From: Octopus vulgaris
Taxonomy: Eukaryota
Length of the DNA stretch: 64,000 nucleotides
Assembly (NCBI GenBank): GCA_951406725.2
Contig: OX597814.1
Coordinates: 72,664,001-72,728,000 of the forward strand
Direction of reading: 5' to 3'
Within the stretch, counting starts at the first letter, position 1; every line of letters begins with the position of its first letter. The notes beneath the pieces are model-generated. The model did no database searches and was not told the origin of the DNA. It saw only the letters and a list, made by a program, of their open reading frames with translations. Below, one piece after another: positions 54,156 through 64,000 of the stretch. The position numbers and the translations under genes are program-made.

Positions 54156-54612
54156 GTTAGTTAGTTAGTTAATTTTTTTGGCTCAAAAAGCAAAAAGCAA
54201 GGCCATGTAGGGGGACATGGAGTTATGTACAGGGTGGTGTTCATGTAAAGAGTTCGGGCCACTTGAGGTCAAGGGAGACTTTGAACCGAGCGGTCGTCGG
54301 CATCTTCACCATCTCGTCTGGCAGCTTATTCCACGGATCCGCAACGCGGACGGAGAAAGCCCCTCTCCTTCGATTGAGATGAAATCTTCGCAGATAGAGC
54401 TTTTCGGAATGACCCCGCAGCCGACGCTCTGGAGCAGGAGTGAAGAACAGCTCTTTCGAGAGGTTACACTTTCCGCTTATGATGTTGTGAGCAAGAATGA
54501 GATCTCCACGGCGTCGTCGTTTTTCTAGAGAATAAAGGTCGAGCGTCTTCAGCCTTTCTTCATAAGACAAATACTTGAGACCAAGAACCATGCGGGTAGC
54601 CAACTTCTGGAC
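54156..54612 (-). mobile_element. CR1 LINE 3' fragment
   Basis: ATRMV..LSYEERLK.LDLYSLEKRRRRGDLI..FSVRV..WNKLP, with a (taac)n tail. Confidence 0.88.
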
Positions 54613-54800
54613 TCACATATATATAAGAAAGTTGGTTTGTGAAAGCACGTGGGTGAATATATAGAAAATAGTAAAGAGTGAAAAAACTACAGAAGGCTTA
54701 AATGTTAAAAAATATATATATTTGCGTCAATATGTTTGAAGAATATTAGAAAATTAAAAAAAAAATTTTTTTTTTTTTTCCTCTTATAATGACAATTTAA

Positions 54801-54839
54801 AAGAAAGACCGGTTTCGCGTGTAGCTTTTCAAATTTCTT
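54801..54839 (-). ncRNA. Minimal hammerhead-like motif (inverted copy)
   Basis: Reverse complement of 56043-56081. Confidence 0.5.
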
Positions 54840-56042
54840 GCGACATTATGTTTATGTTGAATAGAGTTTTTGTTATGTTTATGTTCAGGAGAGTTCTAAA
54901 TAAGGGAAGGTAGTGAGTGATTTCTTCCGCTGTAAGGGAGATAATCGCTTAAAAATTTTTTCCTTTCCCTTGGTGTGAATTTCTCTGTATCAGTATGTTC
55001 GGATGGTTGAGTCTGGGCTTGTACTTTTCAATGAAGAATGTTTCCTTGTTTAGTCTAATTTGTGTTGATGATCCGAAAGCACATTGGTAAAATGGAAAGA
55101 TTAAAAATTGTGGTAGTAGTTGCTTTGCGCATTTCTCAATGTGCTCTACTAAAAGGTATCATTCTATATTCTGGGAATGCAATCTGTTGTCGATGCAGTG
55201 TGCATCTACGTCTGAGTGATAGTCCCGTGGAACCCACGTAGTTTTGGTGGCAGCCCGAGCATTTTATGACATCAATTATGTTTTCAGAGGCACAAGTAAA
55301 GTTAGATTTGATCTTGAAGCCTTCACCATCATCACCCAGAATTTACCAATACTTCATAAAGACCCCAAATTAAAGGAAATTCTAAACATGCACCAAATCA
55401 TTAAAAGCTACAAACAGCCTAAATCACTCAAAAAGATTCTCACAAAGGCAAAATTGTCTTCTGAAATTACGGATGCAAAAGTAAAAAAATGTGGTAGATC
55501 GAACTGTGCAACATGTCCTAACCTGCTAGAAGGATCAGAATTCCTCTTTAAAGAGGGACAGAAATTCAAGATCAAATCTAACTTTACTTGTGCCTCTGAA
55601 AACATAATTTATGTCATAAAATGCTCGGGCTGCCACCAAGACTACGTGGGTTCCACGGGACTATCACTCAGACGTAGATGCACACTGCATCGACAACAGA
55701 TTGCATTCCCAGAATATAGAATGATACCTTTTAGTGAGCACATTGAGAAATGCGCAAAGCAACTACTACCACAATTTTTAATCTTTCCATTTTACCAATG
55801 TGCTTTCGTATCATCAACACAAATTAGACTAAACAAGGAAACATTCTTCATTGAAAAGTACAAGCCCAGACTCAACCATCCGAACATACTGATACAGAGA
55901 AATTCACACCAAGGAAAAGGAAAAAAATTTTAAGCGATTATCTCCCTTACAGCGGAAGAAATCACTCACTACCTTCCCTTATTTAGAACTCTTCTGAACA
56001 TAAACATAACAAAAACTCTATTCAACATAAACATAACGTCGC

Positions 56043-56081
56043 AAGAAATTTGAAAAGCTACACGCGAAACCGGTCTTTCTT
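56043..56081 (+). ncRNA. Minimal hammerhead-like motif (non-canonical core)
   Basis: aagaaa-TTTGAAAA-gc(tacac)gc-GAAA-ccgg-TC-tttctt, in the PLE 3' UTR. Confidence 0.5.
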
Positions 56082-56201
56082 TTAAATTGTCATTATAAGA
56101 GGAAAAAAAAAAAAAAAATTTTCTAATATTCTTCAGACATATTGATGCAAATATATATATTTTTTAACATTTAAGCCTTGTGTAGTTTTTTCACTCTTTA
56201 C

Positions 56202-56261
<60 letters not shown>

Positions 56262-56590
56262 CTGCCTTCCATCTATTTACAAGCTTTTTAATCCTATCAA
56301 TGTAAAACTCTTTTGGTTTCTAAGCGAAGAACTCTGAAATGTCAGTTTCCACCTCCTCCTGGCTTGCGAAAGTTATGTTCCCCAAATGATTCCGTAAACT
56401 ACGAAACAAATGGTAGTCTGAAGGAGCAAGATCAGGAGAATAAGGTGGATGAGGAATTTTTTCCCAACTAAGCTCTTCGATCTTCTGTGATGTGATCTTT
56501 GCAGTGTGGGGTTGCGCATTGTCCTGATGAAACATCATTACTTTTCGATTCACTAAAGCAGGTCTTTTTTTTTCTGCAAAGCTTGGTTCA
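56262..56590 (-). mobile_element. Mariner transposase C-terminal fragment
   Basis: FHQDNAQPHT...HPPYSPDLAPSDYHLF (mariner DD34D motifs). Confidence 0.9.
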
Positions 56591-56599
56591 AACGGGTGT

Positions 56600-59500
56600 G
56601 CTTGGTTGTACGGGTGTGCTTACACTCGAGGAGATGAGTGAGTTCGGGGAAAAGGTGAGAATCAAACTGACGTCCTCTGCCGGTGGTGATCGTCGCGAGT
56701 GTGCCGAAACGGGAAACCCCGTGAAACATTAGCGTTTTGGCGATGGTTTCCGCAGAAGTGTCCGATAGGGGAAAAGCTTTCGGCTAGCGAGAAAATCTAT
56801 CAACACAGGTGAGCAGGTGAGTGCAGTTGTTGAAAGGAGGCAAGGGTCCAATGATGTCAATATGTACGTGTTGAAAACGTGCATCTGGTGTTGCAAAGGA
56901 ACCGATGGGAGATTTAATGTGTCGGTGTACCTTTGCTTTTTGGCACGCGACGCAAGTCCTAACACACTCACGGGTATCTTTGTTGGTGTTGGGCCACATG
57001 AAACGGGTCGATATCAGCTTTTGTGTGACGCAAACACCAGGGTGTGCTAGGGAATGCAAAACAGATAAAATAGTACGTTTATGTTTCTGCGGTACGTATG
57101 GACGTTCATGACCGATGGAGGTATCGCACCAAATATAGTCTATTGCAGAGGGTATCGGTGACTGCTGAAATTACAGAGATGACGAATTCCGGAGCTGTAA
57201 TAGTTCTTTGTCATCTTGTTGATCAACTGCAATCTGCTGGTGATCAATGGTAGCAGTGGTAAGGATAGCGCTAAGTTCCATGCGACCTTCCAGCATGTGT
57301 CGAAAATGCCTGACCGCGATTAAGCGCATGAAGGATACAGGTTGCCAAATACTGTCAGTGAGTTATCGGAGCACACCTCCAGCACCGGAATTGGATACAT
57401 CAACTAGTACACACAGTGGGACGTCTGGTTTGGGATACACCAGCATGGTAGCGTTGGATAACGCTTTTTTCAAGGAAGCGAAAGAGGCAAGTTGTTCTTC
57501 ACTCAGGGCAATGTTTTTATTTTTGCTTGTTCGCTATCGCACCAAATCTGTGAGTGGTTGGGCTGTCTCTGCACAGTGGGGTAAAAATCTCTGGTAGAAA
57601 TTCACCAAGCCAAGAAATTCTTGCAATTTGCGGAGAAATGTGGGTGGTGGGAAATCCACGATGGTTTTGACTTTCTCGGGAAGTGGGCGAATGCCATCCT
57701 TATCGACGATGTGCCCGAGAAAATGATGGCACGCAACTCCGAGCGAACATTTGCTGAGGCTGATAACAATACCATATTCGCGCAATACCATATACTGGCA
57801 ACGAGTACGTCGTCTATGTATGAATAGACAAAAGGCAAACCTCTGGTAACTATGTCTAGAAAACGTTGGAACGTCTGTGCTGCGTTGCATAAGCCGAAAG
57901 ACATATGCAGGTGTTCAAACATTCCGAAGTGTGTCGTGACTGCTGTCTTCGGAATATCCGCAGGTTCCACAGGAATTTAATTGTAAGCTTGCACAAGGTC
58001 GAACTTTGAAAAGATGCGATCTCCATGCAGCGAGCTAGAAAAGTCATGTAGAAGTGAGACAGGGCATGCATTAGGTATAGTGCAGTTATTTAGTGATTGA
58101 TGATCACTGCAAACTCGTCAATCGGTTGATGACTTCTTAGGAACGCAGTGTATTGGCAAAGATGATCCCGAGGTCAAGCTGGAATTCTCGCCTGACGGCC
58201 TCGAGACGATCTGGTGGTAGCCTTCGGGGTCGTGCAGCAACAGGGTCTCGATGCTGGTCTTGATGTGGTGGGTAACTTCATGTTTGATAGACTGACTATG
58301 GAATACTGGTCAAGCGACGTCCGGGTAGTCTTTAAGGATAGCACTCTAACGGGTAGTCGTTGTTTTCAAAATGGTTGGGCTGACTGTGGCCATATGAGCG
58401 GTTATACCGCGCACAATAAGCTGAGTGGTGCTGTCGACAAGTCTTTTGTGCTTGATATCTACAGGGAGACTGAAATGATGAAGGAAATCGGCTTCTAAGA
58501 TAGGAGTCGGCAGTTTAGCGATGACGAATACCCACTGGAAGGTGCAGCGTAGTTCTTAATTCAATGTTAAGGACTGTTCACCGTAGGTTGGAATTGGTGA
58601 GTGGTTGACTGCCTGAAGACAGACTGGTGTCTCTTTTCTTTTGCCTGAAGTGCAGGAAACAGGGATGATGCTGACTTCCGCGCCATTGTCAACAAGGAAA
58701 CGCGTGCCTGTTACACGATTGCAGACGAAAAACAGGCGTCTTGGTAGGTGAGAGCCAGGAACTTCCATCGCGTTCAATTCCTGGCTGTGTCGTTTCCCGA
58801 ACAGGATGCTGAAAACGAGCATGGAATCGTGCATTTCTGCGCCCGTGTTCCAAATTTTCGGTGGTATCAACAAGTTTCCTGTGAATTACAGGAGGTACTC
58901 GGGCTTCGAGACTTTACCAAATCGACGCAATCAGCTGTTACTTCGACATGGGGTACCAAGCGATAGGGCTTGTATCTGTGTTGTCAGGGCATGTATCGGT
59001 GATGCCTGCTACGTCATCAATGAGCGCAAGTCCGAAATTTCGGAAGCACCGGTCGCGGAGAGGAAAGGATTTGTAGGATGAACGGCTAGCGTCACAGTCG
59101 ATACTGTTGAATATCAATGTGGTATCTCGGCGATTTTGTCTGCAAGCTCTGCCAGTTCCTCAATGGAAGTGGATTCTCGTGTGGAAACGAGGACTACCTG
59201 CGTGTTAGAGGGCAGATGCTGGAGAAAAAGTTGTTTAAAAATCTTTTCGGGGAGGATCTCATCTCTAAGAAGCTACTTCTTTCTTCGTAGAAGCTGGGAA
59301 GGTGTTCTATCCCGTAATTCTTCCGATGTAAAGAGCTGGTGGAGTCGATTTTTTTGGTGGGCAGGGGAGACTCTGAAGTCCTGTTGATGAGGGTGGTTTT
59401 AAATGTGTCGTATGACACAGAATCGGGTGGTGCCATAATGAGATCTCGGACCACGTTCATGATCTCTGGCGATAGAGAACCGATCACGTGCGCAAGGCGA

Positions 59501-60396
59501 GACGCATCGCTAACTATTCGGTTGGAAAAAAACTGGGCCTCGATATAGTGAAACTGCAATGCAAGATCTTGCGTCCAAAATGGTGGAATCCTCAGCGTAA
59601 TCGCAACCAGGAATACCATGTTGACTATGGATATGTTCGCCACTGGGTTGTGTTCGGGTAGAGCCATAGTGTGATGACTAATCGCAGCGATTTTGCAGTT
59701 CTGACTCTGTGATGTGTGTTGTGAAGGCTGTCATTCTTCGTCAGGGTTACCAAATATAGCGGGTTGATGTAGCAAAAGATGTTGTTATGGTAGCAGATGA
59801 GATAGGTATGTGGACGACATCAAAGTAAAACATTGGGAAAGCATCGGATTGTAGTTTAAGTAATTTATTTAATCGACACTTGGATTTACGTGTTATATAC
59901 AAAGGAAATCAACTACATGACAATACCAACTTGCTTCGAGTTTCGCGAAGTAAAAATAACCAGGAGAAATACTGTGTCGATATGAAGAGGCAGAACCGGG
60001 CATGTTTTGTGTCTGTGTGTGCGTTGGCCATTCGGTCTTGACTGTTTATGTTCTGCGACTGCTACTGTATTGGGTCGTTCATGCTGAATGTGTGGTTCTG
60101 TGTTGGCTGCTTGAATGGCGTAAGTTAACTGCTGGCTGTCGACCGTTTGCCTCTTACTGGCTGTCGACCGTTTTACCTCTTACTGGCTGTCTGCAGTCTC
60201 TTGATTTTACCTCTTACTCTTGTCTGCAGCCCGTTGATGGCAAGGTTGGAGGTCGAAGGGAAATCCATCCATCACTTTTTGTCAGGACAAAAAAATTTCT
60301 TTTGCGCCTGTTTGACCAGTGGTGGATCAGACGGGCGAGAATCCTTAGATTCGGTTTCGAATCTGACCTTGGAAAAAGAAAGTGTTGGTTTTTACA
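56600..60396 (-). mobile_element. Decayed Gypsy LTR retrotransposon (5' LTR, PBS, gag, PR, RT, RH, partial IN)
   Basis: LTR 59755-60396. Gag IPPFW (59194-59667), protease FLVDNGAEVS, RT KTAVTT..FGL..YIDD, integrase HSLAHPG..CVACQ. Many frameshifts, no 3' LTR. Confidence 0.92.
59737..59752 (-). other. Primer-binding site (tRNA-Trp-like)
   Basis: Minus-strand TGGTAACCCTGACG lies 2 nt after the LTR and resembles the TGGTGACCCCGACG tRNA-Trp PBS. Confidence 0.7.
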
Positions 60397-60475
60397 TATA
60401 TCTGTATGGATGGATGCATTTATGTTGTGTATGTCCGTGTGTGTGTGTGTGTGTGTGCGCGCGCGCGCGCGCGTA

Positions 60476-60521
<46 letters not shown>

Positions 60522-60584
60522 CGTACGTGCGTGCATGCATGCATGCATGTATGTATGCAGGTCAGGTTTCTCTTAGTGCTTCTG

Positions 60585-61247
60585 ATAACATGTAACCCAG
60601 TATAATTTGTCGAATTGTCTGACCGTCGTTGACTGAAGTAGCAACCCTACCAAACCTGCTTAATAAGAAGCTTTGTTTTCTTTGGACACTCTGCACGATG
60701 CAAAGCAAAACTTGTCAAAGGGCGGTTGAACTCAGTAGAGTCGACGGCCAGCCAACAGCTGGAAGTGAGAGACCCTTGGTCTTTGTTTACGCATCTTTCT
60801 AGAAGAAAATTCCAAAATAACATCCGCTTCATTATGAAACCAGAGATTTAACTCTCTCTTTTTTTCTGGACTACTTGGCTATGTAGGCAAGAGTCTTAGA
60901 AATGTTGTGCAAGCTGTTTGTTATTGACGCGCGATTTCAGTATGGGCATTGCTGACAATCTTTAACATCTAGGATAAGATAATTTGTCAATGATGGTCAT
61001 ACTCGGCTCTGAATTGACTACCATGACCTATGATTGTAAGCAGAGTTTACAACTTATGCGTAGTCGAGAAACAGATTTTTACTCTTCATAATTTATGGTT
61101 CCTTTACACTCAAGGTTCTTTAAAACTGAATCTTCAATCACACTTTTTAATTATATATACACCTTATATATTTGAAGCGTACGCAGAATTCGGGGAAGCT
61201 AAACATGAAGGAAAACAAATGTATTATGCACCCTGTGTGTTTGTGTT

Positions 61248-61321
<74 letters not shown>

Positions 61322-62525
61322 GATGTGGGGAGAAGTTCAATAGACTACCAACAAAGATAATAAAGACAGCGAGCAAACGATACTATCACATTACTAACTA
61401 GAAAGAGCAGACGACATCTAATATTACAACTGACGACGCAACAAAAGAAAAATTGTTTTGTTTGTCAGACATTATTTGTTTGTAGGGCAAATTCAAATTT
61501 AAGAAAAATATTGGCAAAAGAAAACAGTAATGTTGATTGTGTGTGTGTGTGTGTGTGTGTGTGTATAATTCGGTCAGGTGATCTTAGTAATCTACAATAC
61601 GAAAAATCTCGACGTTGCAAGATATGAATATTTGGTGTTTGTTGTCTTCTTACAACATAATCAGCTGCAATGGATTCTAAACAACTTCTCGCGTGCATCA
61701 AAGGCCTCTGGTCTGAACATTAGCAGAAAACTGAGAAAACTGAGCTTGTTCATCAGCCTATTCGCGACCATCTTCCCGCTGTTGCCCTTACTGTAGATGT
61801 TGATGGGAAAGCATTAAGAACTGTTTCCTCCTTCACTTATCTTGGTTCCATTGTCTCCAATGATGCGAAGATAGATAAAGAAATTGAGTCCCGAATCGGG
61901 AAGCCTAGCTCCGATTTCAGTAAGCTTTATCACAGGCTTTGAAACAGCCACCGAATCCTTGAAAGTGAAAGTTAATGTATATAAGTCGGTGGTCTTGACA
62001 ACATTGCTTTATGGTGCTGAATCTTGGACTCTGTACCGAAAGTACATCAACCAGCGTAACGCTTTTCGTATGCGATACTTGTATACTATGTTCAACATAA
62101 AACCAAGTAACCATATGCATATTAGTGAGGTACTAACAAAATTCCACATATCAGGTATTGAAGCCATCCTCATTAAAATACAGCTTAGATGGTCGGCACG
62201 TCTCTCACGTATGTGTGATATCAGAATTCCGAAGCAACTTCTCTTTGGTCAATTCCCAACAGAAAGTTCAGTTGGAAGGCCACTCTTGCGCTTCAAAGAC
62301 ATACTAATAGACAATCTGAAGCGATGTAACATTCCCTTTTCTTCATGGAAAAACAAAGCATCAGGACGCAGGACGTGGCGCCAGTTTCGCTTCTCCTTAG
62401 TTCAAAGATTTGAGCAAAGTCGAATCCAACACCGGGACCCACTTTGTGCAAGCATGAAGGCGCGCTGGCAAAATACTACTCCTCTAAATGGAGGTCGATT
62501 TCATCGGTTATATGCGGAAATTTAG
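60585..62525 (+). mobile_element. Internally deleted RTE (BovB-like) LINE remnant
   Basis: RTE-type 5' UTR at 60585-60760. C-terminus FTYLGS, TLLYGAESWT, QLRWS..RM..IPKQLLFG..GRP (61650-62525). Confidence 0.75.
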
Positions 62526-62809
62526 TCGACTCTCTGCCCAGAAGACAATGCAGTCATTGAAAGTAAGGGAGGTCACACCAAATATTGAATATAGCAAACA
62601 ATCCTAAAGGGTGTACATATTTTTGTATCGTTTGAAAATTAATATTTCGTTCGTATCTTTGAAAATGTTTATTGTTTTGTGTTCCAAATTTGTATAATGT
62701 TTGCATGTATTCAGTATAAATTTCGCTTGATTTCCTTCGATATAATCAGAGTAATGTCAATTTTACTGAAATTTTTAAGGGCTGTACATACTTCTGTGAG
62801 ATACTGTAT

Positions 62810-62856
<47 letters not shown>

Positions 62857-63014
62857 ACCCCCACGCACATATTTATGTATGTATTGCAGTGGTGGTGATG
62901 GTGGGAGGTTGCTGTCAACTCACAATTGAGTATGACCACCTTTTGCACTCTCGCTTTTCTTGATATATGTAATACCTCTTTATCAAGGGCTCTAGTGATA
63001 ACGACCACGTAGAC

Positions 63015-63354
63015 CAGTGGTTTTCAACTGGGGTTCACATGATCACTGAAGGCCTATATAAGATTTGGTGGGAGGCACGCAAGTAAAACAGTAAATTGGG
63101 GAACTACAGTAGTATATTAAGTGTTCATAAAAAATTTTACCTTAAATTTATTAATTGCAAAAAAACATCTAGCTTTCTTTCTCTAACGTTTAACATAGCT
63201 CAGTTTACACAAGTGAATGTGTGAAAAACAAAATAGGAATTTTGAAGGAAGTATCAATAAAATTAGTTTTTAAACATCGAATGGCTATGGGGATCCACCA
63301 GAATAAAATAGTAATCATAGGGATCCATAGATGAAAAGTGGTTGAGAATTACTG
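63015..63354. mobile_element. hAT-type MITE
   Basis: TIRs cagtggttttcaac / gttgagaattactg. 8-bp TSD acgtagac / atatagac. Confidence 0.75.
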
Positions 63355-64000
63355 ATATAGACCATGACTCCCTCGCCAAGACATCGTCGACATTCAACAG
63401 ATAGCGCAGCTGCGCGGCAACTGGAGGTGTAAATGCGACTGTTCTCATCAATACTACACATTCCACGACTTTATGAACTATAGAAGTGGCAATATTCCAT
63501 TGTGAGAGACGTACCTGATACACCGACCCCTACAATGGAAATCTACTGTCTGGCTCTGATTCCAAAAAGTTCGAGAAGTGACTTGCAACGGAAAAACAAA
63601 AATGAACCTACATCAAATTTTATTGTGACAAATGCCTGCACGACACAAATATCACCTCCCAACTCTTTGAATCCGTTAAGAACTTGCAACAAGCAAAAGA
63701 AAAATGTGGAAGAAAAGAAAGCTGGCCGGTGGCTACAAACGTCACTGTTTTCATTTAAGACTACCCTCCTCCCAAGTGCATTTTACGTAAACAAAAAAAT
63801 ATGCATATGAGTACATACATATATACACACTATCGAACAACTATTGACTTCCGAGTTCATTCGCCGTTTGACAGGTCTTGTTTTTACCTGAAAGTTATTC
63901 TTTCTAAGCAGGCTTTATGGGGTAACCAGTTTAGTTAATAACGACACGGCCATACAAGGGCGGACTCAAGGCGGGAGGGCCTGAGGGGCACGTACTCCCC

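Larger units (their letters stand above)
54615..56208. mobile_element. Truncated Penelope-like (Neptune-type) insertion, two inverted 3' ends
   Basis: 54662-55318 is the reverse complement of 55565-56208. The plus copy 55321-55933 encodes CGRSNCATC..FTC..NIIYVIKC..C..YVGST (GIY-YIG). Confidence 0.88.

Noticed and set aside
63263-63900. Possible host exon (minus-strand AG|GTACGT donor near 63512) and short ORFs
   Set aside because: No recognisable protein or matching acceptor; needs RNA-seq.

Overview
AT-rich eukaryotic DNA made almost entirely of transposable elements and (TA)n/(CA)n/(TACA)n microsatellites. The tRNA-headed SINEs, (CAT)n-tailed RTE LINEs and microsatellite load suggest an octopus (inference). 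I found no supportable host-gene exon, and most ORF-track entries are microsatellite artefacts. 1-21 kb holds old decayed elements: a hAT transposon, MITEs, Tigger, RLE/RTE LINE pieces and a solo LTR. 21-57 kb is a nest of younger retroelements sitting in (TA)n tracts: a Naiad-like Penelope element with an inverted pseudo-LTR, a near-intact Neptune-like Penelope ORF, RTE and CR1 LINEs, solo LTRs and short non-coding Penelope/retrozyme-like pieces. The main hidden signal is 13 type I hammerhead ribozyme motifs plus one broken copy, from about 9 sequence families, between 21.7 and 56.1 kb. Most have a palindromic stem III (dimer type) and several have long stem II extensions. 56-64 kb holds a mariner fragment, a decayed Gypsy provirus and a BovB-like RTE remnant. 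All calls were made by eye, so boundaries are approximate unless TIRs or TSDs are quoted.
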